From: Leptospiria bacterium
GTDB lineage: Bacteria; Spirochaetota; Leptospiria; Turneriellales; CBDBES01
NCBI GenBank assembly: GCA_965262015.1
Contig: OZ253494.1
Location: 353,240 to 417,239 of the forward strand
DNA length: 64,000 nt
Direction: 5' to 3'
The first letter of the stretch is position 1; each line of letters starts with the position of its first letter. A program made the position numbers and the translations under genes. Under the pieces are notes generated by a model. The model ran no database searches and was not told the origin of the DNA. It saw only the letters and a program-made list of their open reading frames with translations. Of this stretch, positions 18,573-27,122 are shown one piece after another.

Positions 18573-19445
18573 TTAAATTAACCTACCATCATGAATCAGT
18601 ATACTATTTAATAATAGGACACCCATAGTACATAACATGCATACAATGGAAAACATAAATGCATAAGAATTATAATTTCTTTTTTGGCAAGATTGAAAAG
18701 ATACATACGCATATATAATATGTACGATCATGATAAAAAGGAAACTCATCATAGACAACATTACTGTAAAATAGAATAAAATTACTATGGGCAATAACAG
18801 CAGAATATATAAATAAATAAAATACTGTGTAATTTTCTCACCATATATATTGGGTAAAACAGGTATACTGCCTTTAGCATACTCTTCTTGAAGTTTTAAA
18901 GATAAAATCCAGAAATGAGCAGGTTGCCATAGCATCATATACAAAAATACTATGTAGCCTGGTAATCTAATTGTATCATGACTAGCTAAATAGCCTATTA
19001 AAATGGGTAATGCACCTGGTAATCCTCCTAAAATTACACCAAAAGGACTCCGTTTTTTTAATATCAGGGTATACCATGCTACATAAGAAAAATAGGTACA
19101 AATGCTCAGAAACATAACTGAGATACTAAAAAATAAATAAGTGCAAAACAAGGCAAAGCATAATAAACATAGTGCAAATATCCAAAGTAGAGGCTTCCCA
19201 AGAAGTTCAATGGCGTGTTGTCTATGTTGTGTACGTTCCATATGTGTATCCATTTCATAGTCTAGTATATTATTAACAATGGAGGCACTTATACCCATGA
19301 AAGTTAAAATTTGTGCAATGACTAATACATGGTATTTGTCTGTTATAAATTCAGGAGGTAAATAGAAGCCAACAATGGATGTAAAAACAACGGACACAAC
19401 AATTCTTAGCTTAGAAAGTAATATAAGAGCTTGTAATATTTGCAT
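18573..19445 (-). CDS. ctaB: protohaem IX farnesyltransferase (haem O synthase, UbiA family)
   Basis: About 9 TM segments. 'NNILDYEMDTHMERTQHR' matches the NxxxDxxxD...RT..R prenyltransferase motif. Complements ctaA and the oxidase genes. Confidence 0.75.
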   Translation of the reverse strand: MQILQALILLSKLRIVVSVVFTSIVGFYLPPEFITDKYHVLVIAQILTFMGISASIVNNILDYEMDTHMERTQHRQHAIELLGKPLLWIFALCLLCFALFCTYLFFSISVMFLSICTYFSYVAWYTLILKKRSPFGVILGGLPGALPILIGYLASHDTIRLPGYIVFLYMMLWQPAHFWILSLKLQEEYAKGSIPVLPNIYGEKITQYFIYLYILLLLPIVILFYFTVMLSMMSFLFIMIVHIIYAYVSFQSCQKRNYNSYAFMFSIVCMLCTMGVLLLNSILIHDGRLI

Positions 19446-19745
19446 ATATATTAAGTTTCAACCTAGGTACGTATGAACTATTTATTATAAGTATCACTAA
19501 AAGAATTTTATAAAAATATTTATATATTTTCCTAACAATTAAGAAAGCTTATAGTAAGAGTTATTTTAAAGGTAACTTATCTTCTTAAGTATAGGTACCA
19601 ATTTACAGTGCAAAAATGTGCCAATCCTTAGATTAACTATCTTACTCTCTTTATTCTTTCTGTATGTACTGGCTTTATTTTGTGCATTGACCACGTTCCT
19701 TGAGAGATGCTTTAATTATCTACAATGGTAGATTTATGCCTACTT

Positions 19746-19870
19746 GAGAATCATAGATAACTTTTTGTTCCACCAATAATAAATAAGCTTATTTATTAAA
19801 GCTTTTATCACACTTATCGTAGAAAATACCTAATCAAGTCTATCCTGTTTAGTTCTAGGCTTGACTCTAC
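19746..19870 (+). repeat. IS-end-like remnant plus a short dispersed repeat upstream of cysS
   Basis: 19833-19870 'ATCAAGTCTATCCTGTTTAGTTCTAGGCTTGACTCTAC' resembles the right-end region of the IS30-like copies (compare 9652-9685 and 12203-12224). 19746-19776 is about 85% identical by eye, in inverted orientation, to 50158-50188. Confidence 0.35.
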
Positions 19871-19992
19871 ATTCTATAAGTTATATGTAAATTTAATCGT
19901 TTCACTTTTAAGGTGTATCTTTGGATGATGGCTTCACAGGACCTTGCAGTTTTTTCTAAAAGTATGTTATAATCTGAGTATAGTATAAATAT

Positions 19993-21468
19993 ATGTCTTT
20001 AAAGAAACCTTTTCAACTGTTTAATTCATTTACTCATTCCAAAGAAGTCTTTATTCCCAGTAAAGATACAGTTAATATATATTCATGTGGTCCAACTGTT
20101 TATAATGAGCCTCATATTGGTAATATGAGGTCTTATCTCTTTGCTGATTTGCTAGTACGTTCACTTAGATTGGAAGGCTTTAAAACGCGGCATGTTGTAA
20201 ATCTAACAGATATAGATGATAAAATTGTAAAAGGTCTAAAAGAGAAAAATACTGATAGTACGGTTGATGATATTGTATTTTATACAGAACCCTTTATACA
20301 GAATTTTTTTGAGGCTATTCAAACTCTACGAATTACACCGGCGGATCATTATCCTAAAGCAACAGAACACATGCATACTATTACTAATATGATTCATACA
20401 CTTAAAGAAAAAGGTTATGCGTACGAAAAAGATCAATCTATTTATTATGCCATTAATAAATTTAAAAACTATGGCAAACTTGCTAAAATTGATTTTGCTA
20501 ATATGAAAACAGGTACCAGATATAATACTGATGAGTACCCGAAGGATGATATCCGAGACTTTGCTTTATGGAAATATAATGATGGTAATGTAGATCAAAT
20601 CTACTGGGAAACAGAACATGGTCCAGGTAGACCAGGCTGGCATATAGAATGCTCTGCTATGATACACAGCCTCTTTTCGGAACCAGTTGACATACATACA
20701 GGGGGAGTTGATCTCATGTTTCCACATCATGAAAATGAAATTGCACAAAGTGAAGCTGCCTTTGACAGGTCATTTGTAAAATTATGGATGCATTGTGAAC
20801 ATCTGATTATAGATAATAAAAAAATGTCAAAATCACTAGGTAATTTTTATACTCTATCTAATTTACTACAAAAAGACTATTCTGCCTTATTATTACGTTA
20901 TTTTTTGCTTACTACCCATTACAGACAAAAACTATATCTAAGTTTTGATATACTTGAACAGGCTAATCATACACTTCATAAAATACAAAATACTTATGAA
21001 CGTTTTGAAAAGACAGCGATTCAAGAACAGAATGATCCTAATATAAATGTCCATGGTGTAACCTCACAGTCTAATCAGCTTCAAATACAATTCTTAGATA
21101 GTTTAAAAAATGATTTAAATATCTCTGAGGCAATGGCAAACTTTCATGCTTTTTTAAAATATGTAAATCATCTTTTAGATCAAGCACAGGACGTACTGCC
21201 TTTACCTGTTTATAAAATTTTGGATTCTAGTTTTGACTACTTTAATTCTATTTTAGATATCCTATTAAGAAATCAAGTGGATCATATTCCTCAAGAAGTG
21301 CAAATACTTATTCAAAAAAGGAATCAACATCGTGAAAATAAAGAATATGCAAAAGCAGATCATATACGCAATATTGTTTACCAATCAGGATATATGATAC
21401 TAGATACACATAAGGATAGTCAGATAAAAAAAGTTATACACTGTCCTGATGGTAAAAATAACGAATAG
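19993..21468 (+). CDS. cysS: cysteine--tRNA ligase
   Basis: 'CGPTVYNEPHIGNMRSY' (HIGH), 'GWHIECSAM', 'GGVDLMFPHHENE', 'KMSKSLGNF' (KMSKS). Confidence 0.95.
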   Translation: MSLKKPFQLFNSFTHSKEVFIPSKDTVNIYSCGPTVYNEPHIGNMRSYLFADLLVRSLRLEGFKTRHVVNLTDIDDKIVKGLKEKNTDSTVDDIVFYTEPFIQNFFEAIQTLRITPADHYPKATEHMHTITNMIHTLKEKGYAYEKDQSIYYAINKFKNYGKLAKIDFANMKTGTRYNTDEYPKDDIRDFALWKYNDGNVDQIYWETEHGPGRPGWHIECSAMIHSLFSEPVDIHTGGVDLMFPHHENEIAQSEAAFDRSFVKLWMHCEHLIIDNKKMSKSLGNFYTLSNLLQKDYSALLLRYFLLTTHYRQKLYLSFDILEQANHTLHKIQNTYERFEKTAIQEQNDPNINVHGVTSQSNQLQIQFLDSLKNDLNISEAMANFHAFLKYVNHLLDQAQDVLPLPVYKILDSSFDYFNSILDILLRNQVDHIPQEVQILIQKRNQHRENKEYAKADHIRNIVYQSGYMILDTHKDSQIKKVIHCPDGKNNE

Positions 21469-21510
21469 CTTGTGTTAGTGTATTTGCCTAAATTATAATA
21501 TCTAATTTTC

Positions 21511-22278
21511 ATGAAAAATTTATCGTCCAATCAAATCCAACTTATCTTTGGCATACATTCTGTAGAAGAAGCTCTCAAACACACAGGTCTATATAATGAT
21601 GATATATTATATATTAATAAATATACGTCAAATACACGTATACGTGATTTGGGACGACGTGCTGGTCGTGCAAAAACGCAGATTAACAGAGTAGATTCAC
21701 GAGTAATAGATGAAGTAGTGGGTCGGAAGGTAAATCACCAAGGTATTTTATTAAAACGTCAAAAAAGTTATTCTATTGTTACGTTAACTAAAGATACCAT
21801 CATTAATTCAAAAGAACCAGGGGTCTATGTCTTAATTGATAGGTTACATGATCCACAAAATCTGGGTTCTCTAATACGTTCTATGGTAGCTTTTAATGTA
21901 CAAGGACTAATCTTATCCAATAAGCATGTTCCACCTGTTGGAGAAGTTGTATGGAAGGTATCTTCTGGTGCATTGGCACATTTGCCAATATTATGGATCA
22001 GTGGAGTAACTAATTTTTTAAAGACTTTAAAAAAATCTAAAGATGTATATATTATAGGGGCAGATAACTCAGGAGAGATAATTACTCTAGATTGGTTACA
22101 AGATATTAAAATACTCTATGCCAATATTATATTAGTTCTAGGTTCAGAAGATAAGGGTATTTCCCAAGCTATTGTACCATATTTAGATCATAGAGTAAGA
22201 ATAGAACAAAGTATGAAAATAGATAGTTTAAATGTAGGGGTAGCAGGTGGTATTTTACTATATCTATTATATCGGTAG
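21511..22278 (+). CDS. rlmB: SpoU/TrmH-family RNA 2'-O-methyltransferase (RlmB-like)
   Basis: N-terminal 'GIHSVEEALK' substrate-binding domain. SPOUT motifs: 'DPQNLGSLIRSMVAFNVQGLIL', 'LVLGSEDKGIS', 'IDSLNVGVAGGILLY'. Confidence 0.75.
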   Translation: MKNLSSNQIQLIFGIHSVEEALKHTGLYNDDILYINKYTSNTRIRDLGRRAGRAKTQINRVDSRVIDEVVGRKVNHQGILLKRQKSYSIVTLTKDTIINSKEPGVYVLIDRLHDPQNLGSLIRSMVAFNVQGLILSNKHVPPVGEVVWKVSSGALAHLPILWISGVTNFLKTLKKSKDVYIIGADNSGEIITLDWLQDIKILYANIILVLGSEDKGISQAIVPYLDHRVRIEQSMKIDSLNVGVAGGILLYLLYR

Positions 22279-22286
22279 TTAAAACT

Positions 22287-23039
22287 TCAGGCAGGAATTT
22301 TAACTACCGACAAGGACTCGCGAAGGAATAATACTGTTTCGCAAATGATTACTCTAACAGTGCTATTAGTAGGCCATAGAGAAGCTGTATGATGAAATTC
22401 AGTCTGTAATTCGCTATCTGGATTGGCACATCCACCATCATAATCATCCACGGATTCATATATTCCATTCCATAAGGTATAAGACTTTTTTAGGAGGTGG
22501 TTACCCTCATATAATAACATTCTCTTTTGTTTATTAAGCAAGATATTCATTTGTTGTCTAATCTGTTCGTCTATTGTCTGAGTATAATTCATTCTTGTTT
22601 CTATATTAAAACTAAAATTACGTTTCAATATAGATAGAATAGTAACATGACTTGATCTTTCTTTAGCGAAGCGGTACTGTAACTTAATATTAAGATCACT
22701 TAAAGCAGGAAAAAAAACTTGATCTAAAGTCGTGAAAATATTTGCCAGTACGATTAAATCTTTATCATGGATATTGGGATATTGGCACTCTTGAGAAAAA
22801 ACTTTTTGAAACTTATATTGGTGATAAATATCTTCTGATACACTAGTATGCGTCATGGTTAAGGTATCTATATCTTGCCCACCTGTGATTACGTCTATAC
22901 TAGACATAATTTTTCCTAACTCTATCATAGCTCTCTTTTTTTGTTCTATATTAGTAGATGTACGTGCAATACCCTCATATTGTTTTTTAATTTTTAGCAG
23001 GTGTGCTAACTCTTGAGATTCTTCAGGTGTTAAAGGCAT
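22287..23039 (-). CDS. hypothetical protein (250 aa, no signal peptide, no recognised motif)
   Basis: Long ORF, co-directional with and 12 nt downstream of the DUF547-like gene. No motif recognised by eye. Confidence 0.5.
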   Translation of the reverse strand: MPLTPEESQELAHLLKIKKQYEGIARTSTNIEQKKRAMIELGKIMSSIDVITGGQDIDTLTMTHTSVSEDIYHQYKFQKVFSQECQYPNIHDKDLIVLANIFTTLDQVFFPALSDLNIKLQYRFAKERSSHVTILSILKRNFSFNIETRMNYTQTIDEQIRQQMNILLNKQKRMLLYEGNHLLKKSYTLWNGIYESVDDYDGGCANPDSELQTEFHHTASLWPTNSTVRVIICETVLFLRESLSVVKIPA

Positions 23040-23051
23040 ATGTTACCGCTA

Positions 23052-23849
23052 TTATTTTACGTCATTAAGTGACCAATCATATTTAATATACTCTATTTGG
23101 TATTTACTCAGATCTATATCAAGTTTAGTATACTGTTTATAAAATAGTCTAGGATCACCTAGATCATGTGCATACCATTTAAATAGACTAATAACATATA
23201 TCTTTTTGGCAACATGATCAACACGCATATACTCTTTTAGATGAAGATATTTCTGAGTTTGTACAATTAAAGCACGTTTTAAAGAAGTACCCTCGTAGGC
23301 GCTATTACGTAATTCTGGACACGATCTAGAAGCACAATTCATAGCAAAATGGATAAGGGGTTGGTTAAACTTAGCTAGAATAATTTTTTTTTCTAAAGTA
23401 TTCAGGCTAATTTTTTGTCCCAATAGAGAAAATTTAGAATCAAAAAATGACCAATTATATTTCTGTACCAATTGTTTACCTAATTTCATGACAGACTTTA
23501 TAGGATAGTACTTATAGGTCACTTTAACAATGAGTGCATTATATAAATTAATTAGATATGCCAATTGTTCTTCTCTATTTCTCAGCACCTTATAGTTAAT
23601 AGATAATAGATAGTCTACATAAGATTTTACCAGATGATAATCTTTCTTACCACGTTGATAGTCTACTGACCGGCCTACTACATATTTTTTCAACCAGGTA
23701 TTCCATAGAGTATTATCTACTGTTTTAATTATTTTATATTTTATTTTTGAATCAGCTAATATACAAGTAGGAAAAATACAAGATAATATGGATAGTAATG
23801 CCATACTAAAGGCAAACCACTGTAGTCGTAGTGTAAAATATTTACACAT
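23052..23849 (-). CDS. DUF547-family protein with N-terminal signal peptide
   Basis: 'LAYLINLYNALIV', 'ISLNTLEKKIIL', 'PLIHFAMNCASRSCPELR' match the conserved DUF547 core (INxYNA ... IHFAxxCxSxSCPxL). Its start codon overlaps the upstream gene's stop (TAATG). Confidence 0.7.
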   Translation of the reverse strand: MCKYFTLRLQWFAFSMALLSILSCIFPTCILADSKIKYKIIKTVDNTLWNTWLKKYVVGRSVDYQRGKKDYHLVKSYVDYLLSINYKVLRNREEQLAYLINLYNALIVKVTYKYYPIKSVMKLGKQLVQKYNWSFFDSKFSLLGQKISLNTLEKKIILAKFNQPLIHFAMNCASRSCPELRNSAYEGTSLKRALIVQTQKYLHLKEYMRVDHVAKKIYVISLFKWYAHDLGDPRLFYKQYTKLDIDLSKYQIEYIKYDWSLNDVK

Positions 23850-24601
23850 TAATATAGAAGAGTTAACTTAAAATAGGGTTCTAACAATGATACATACAAC
23901 CTATCCGTTGAATTCCTAGGAGAGAAAGTAGCAAAGTCGTAACGTAAACCCATAGAAAACAAGACAATAGAAGAGACTATATTACGTATTTGACCAAAAG
24001 GATCAAATGTCAATTCAAATAGAGTACGAATATGCCATATCCATCCAACATTGGGGTGAAAGAATGGCAAGGGAATATCTATTTTAGTTAAGAGGGATAT
24101 GTATGTACTAGGAAACCAGTATATCTGCAAGACAGGTGCAATATAAAGCATATATGGGTTATAACTTAGTCTTGGCACCAGGTATCCCAAATGTCCTAAC
24201 TTTCCGCCTACTAAAAAAAGTAGATTTAAGTCATCTATAGATTGTGAAATGTATGAAAGACTAGTATCAAAAAAAATGAAGGGATGTATGCTATCTTTAT
24301 TTAAGAAATTAGACGTACCTGCATAATATTGTGCTAAATGTGCCATATCATCAATCAAGGTGGCTTCTGTAACTACACTATAAAAAGGTGCAGCTCCCCA
24401 AAAATACAGACCTGAAGCAAATACACTATGTATAGAATTTACAGAGGGTGTAGGCCTACTAAAGGCAATATCTCCCCGTAAGTTCAGTTGTACACCAAAC
24501 ACTCCTTCTTCAGTAATTACTGCACTGTGCAATTGAGAGTATGAAGCAAGACTAAATAAGGTAGTTAAAGAAAGTAATAAAAGTTTTTGTCTATATGACA
24601 T
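23849..24601 (-). CDS. putative outer-membrane beta-barrel protein (hypothetical)
   Basis: Probable start 'MSYRQKLLLLSLTTLFSLASYSQLHSA' (signal peptide). The body is aromatic/Gly-rich with alternating pattern, and the C-terminus 'YFKLTLLY' is OMP-like. The track ORF extends to 24652. Confidence 0.45.
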   Translation of the reverse strand: MSYRQKLLLLSLTTLFSLASYSQLHSAVITEEGVFGVQLNLRGDIAFSRPTPSVNSIHSVFASGLYFWGAAPFYSVVTEATLIDDMAHLAQYYAGTSNFLNKDSIHPFIFFDTSLSYISQSIDDLNLLFLVGGKLGHLGYLVPRLSYNPYMLYIAPVLQIYWFPSTYISLLTKIDIPLPFFHPNVGWIWHIRTLFELTFDPFGQIRNIVSSIVLFSMGLRYDFATFSPRNSTDRLYVSLLEPYFKLTLLY

Positions 24602-24614
24602 TCTACGCACGTAT

Positions 24615-25262
24615 TTACTGGTATAGCTGGCCAGGCTCACCAGTCTCATCAACAGTACGTTCTTCTGTTTTTACATAAGACACTTCTTCTTGTTCATCAA
24701 CAATAGATTGAGATACATTATGAGTGGAAGCCGTAGTATCAGTAGTGGGTATAGCTACATGTTGGCTGTCCTGACTTTGTGCCAGCGAATGTTTAAGTCT
24801 TTTTATCTCATTTGCAAATTGTTCATTCTGATCTTTCATTGTGTCATAATCTGTTTTTAATTGCGTATTTTTTTCTTGTTCATTAACATTAGATTGAGAT
24901 ACATTATGAGTGGAAGCCGTAGTATCAGTAGTGGGTATAGCTACATGTTGGCTGTCCTGACTTTGTGTTAGCGAATGTTTAAGATTTTTTATCTCGTTTG
25001 CAAATTGTTCATTCTGATCTTTCATTGTATCATAATCCGCTTCTATGCGCTTATTCTCTTGTTGTAGTAGATGTACGGATGACACTTCTTGCTCCAGAGA
25101 TCTTATTTTATCTCGGAATTTAAAAATCTGTTTAACCAGTTTAGGATAAAAAATAGCTAAATTAATACCAATAGCATGTTTTTTAACTGCTTTATGATCA
25201 TCTAATACTTCGAATAAATTTTCTTCAGGCAACTGAGATGGTACTTTAAATTTTTTCCACAT
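24615..25262 (-). CDS. hypothetical coiled-coil protein containing a 62-aa tandem duplication
   Basis: 215 aa. 'DYDTMKDQNEQFANEIK(N/R)LKHSL(T/A)QSQDSQHVAIPTTDTTASTHNVSQS' occurs twice. Confidence 0.5.
   Translation of the reverse strand: MWKKFKVPSQLPEENLFEVLDDHKAVKKHAIGINLAIFYPKLVKQIFKFRDKIRSLEQEVSSVHLLQQENKRIEADYDTMKDQNEQFANEIKNLKHSLTQSQDSQHVAIPTTDTTASTHNVSQSNVNEQEKNTQLKTDYDTMKDQNEQFANEIKRLKHSLAQSQDSQHVAIPTTDTTASTHNVSQSIVDEQEEVSYVKTEERTVDETGEPGQLYQ
24687..25037 (-). repeat. about 186-bp tandem duplication (2 copies) inside the coiled-coil gene
   Basis: Near-identical DNA blocks (for example 'ACATTATGAGTGGAAGCCGTAGTATCAGTAGTGGGTATAGCTACATGTTGGCTGTCCTGACTTTGTG' at about 24717 and about 24900). 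Confidence 0.8.
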
Positions 25263-25277
25263 AAATTAATTATATCC

Positions 25278-25628
25278 TTACCCTATACACCGTATAGCTT
25301 TTTCTTGTATAGTTACCGTAATAATATTATGGTAACCACTGCAATTTAATAATTTCTTAGGTAAATCTAGTTTACCTTGTAGTAGTATGCGTATCTTTCC
25401 CATATCATTAGGAATAGTGCCTTCGAAATCCATATATCGCCTACGATGTGGTTTATTCAGAAACATATCAAATATATTTTTCCCTTTAATCTGCCTGGTA
25501 AAAGCTTTATAGCTAACAAGTAATTCATCCTTACTTATATCCATAAATAGATCTAAATGGTTATGGATGTGTTTGCCTTTCCAATAATGGTAACTTAAGG
25601 TAAAACTAACAGATTGGAACACATTCAA
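25278..25628 (-). CDS. stand-alone LigD_N-like (DNA ligase D 3'-phosphoesterase-like) domain protein
   Basis: 116 aa. 'HIHNHLDLFMD' and 'PHRRRYMDFEGTIPNDMGKIRILLQGK' resemble the H.DLRLE ... DHR..YLDYEG.I....G.V core of the LigD N-terminal family, recalled from memory. Confidence 0.4.
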   Translation of the reverse strand: MNVFQSVSFTLSYHYWKGKHIHNHLDLFMDISKDELLVSYKAFTRQIKGKNIFDMFLNKPHRRRYMDFEGTIPNDMGKIRILLQGKLDLPKKLLNCSGYHNIITVTIQEKAIRCIG

Positions 25629-25636
25629 GTCTAGTA

Positions 25637-26704
25637 TTAAGACTTCATTTTTATTTGCAAGTTCTTTTCAAATTTTTGCAAACCTAAATTAACTAATTGG
25701 GTTACCAATTGGGCTTCATTATAACCTTCATAAAGCCATAATTTGGGAAACATACTAATCTCTGTAAAGCCAGGCATAGTATTAATTTCATTCAAATATA
25801 ACTTACCAGTCTTATGCGAAAGAAAAAAATCAACTCTAGCTAATCCATTACCCTGAACAGAACTAAAGGCCTGTTTAGCAAATAATTGTATTTGCTTTTG
25901 CAGAGTATTGTTTATATCAGCTGGAATATGTAATTGAGAAGTACCAGAGTGGTTGTACTTGGTATCAAAGGAGTAGTAATTGGCTTCATAAGTAACTTCA
26001 CCCATTGTAGTTATATTATAATCAGGGTAGTTACCCATAATACCCACTTCAATTTCACGGCAATCAATTGACGCTTCAATAAGTACATGACAATCATAGT
26101 TAAAGGCATCTTCCATTGCCGTATATAAATCTTGCATATGGTCAACCCTGGTAATACCAATAGAGCTACCCATATTACACGCTTTAACAAAAACAGGTAG
26201 TTTAAATTTAGTTTGAACAGTATCATAAATATTTTGAAAATGATGTGTCATGTCGCTAACGTGGTAATGTAAAAAATGTACATAAGGTATATTTACCATA
26301 TTCAACATACATTTTGTTAGATATTTATTCATACAGAGCGTGGAAGTGGACAAGCCACAACCAACATAAGGAATACGTAGAGCCTCAAACATCCCTTGTA
26401 TAGTACCATCCTCACCATATTGACCGTGTATCATAGGAAAAGCAATATCAAATTGTAATAATCTATTGTCATTTATTCTTAAGGAAAGATTTTTACGGGT
26501 GTCTAGATAACATAGTTTTTTTTGATGTTGCTCTGGTTTAATACAAACTTGTTCTTGTAAGTGCCAGGTATGATCTTCTTTAATATAAACAGGAACAACC
26601 TGATAGCTAGCCTTAACTAGAGCATCAAAAATATAACAAGCTGAGATACAAGAAATGCGGTGTTCATACGAGGCACCACCGTACAGCAAGAGGACTACAG
26701 TCAT
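25637..26704 (-). CDS. ddl: D-alanine--D-alanine ligase
   Basis: 'LLYGGASYEHRISCISA', 'MIHGQYGEDGTIQGMFEALRIPYVGCG', 'PVFVKACNMGSSIGI', 'ARVDFFLS...LYLNEINTMPGFT'. Confidence 0.93.
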   Translation of the reverse strand: MTVVLLLYGGASYEHRISCISACYIFDALVKASYQVVPVYIKEDHTWHLQEQVCIKPEQHQKKLCYLDTRKNLSLRINDNRLLQFDIAFPMIHGQYGEDGTIQGMFEALRIPYVGCGLSTSTLCMNKYLTKCMLNMVNIPYVHFLHYHVSDMTHHFQNIYDTVQTKFKLPVFVKACNMGSSIGITRVDHMQDLYTAMEDAFNYDCHVLIEASIDCREIEVGIMGNYPDYNITTMGEVTYEANYYSFDTKYNHSGTSQLHIPADINNTLQKQIQLFAKQAFSSVQGNGLARVDFFLSHKTGKLYLNEINTMPGFTEISMFPKLWLYEGYNEAQLVTQLVNLGLQKFEKNLQIKMKS

Positions 26705-26742
26705 GACTGCAACACAGAAGAAGAGGGACTACTACAAACTAA

Positions 26743-27069
26743 TTAAATTTGTATTTCACTTTCGTCTTTGTATATGGTAAAAAACTGGTCTAAGGTAGCT
26801 AATTTCAAGATATAAAATATAGAATCTTGCATGTTCATAAGGGCAAACTTACCACCCTTAGCTATTATTTTTTTCTTGGTTGAAACTAAGACACCAATAC
26901 CAGACGAATCCATGTAAGAGATACCACCCATGTCAATAATAAGAGATTCAAGATCCTCTGCCAGTACATTCGCAACAGCATCTTTCAGATCACCAACGTT
27001 ATACAAATCCACGGCACCACTTACTACCAGGATCTTGTGTTTATCTAAATCACGCAGGCTTACTTCCAT
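26743..27069 (-). CDS. STAS-domain anti-sigma-factor antagonist (SpoIIAA-like)
   Basis: 108 aa. 'LVVSGAVDLYNVGDLKD', 'LIIDMGGISYMDSSGIGVLV' with the phosphorylatable Ser context 'DSSG'. Confidence 0.8.
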   Translation of the reverse strand: MEVSLRDLDKHKILVVSGAVDLYNVGDLKDAVANVLAEDLESLIIDMGGISYMDSSGIGVLVSTKKKIIAKGGKFALMNMQDSIFYILKLATLDQFFTIYKDESEIQI

Positions 27070-27122
27070 GCTGATTTATTCGGCATTGTAGGAGGTTAAG
27101 TCAAGTATTTTTTTAACCCTTT

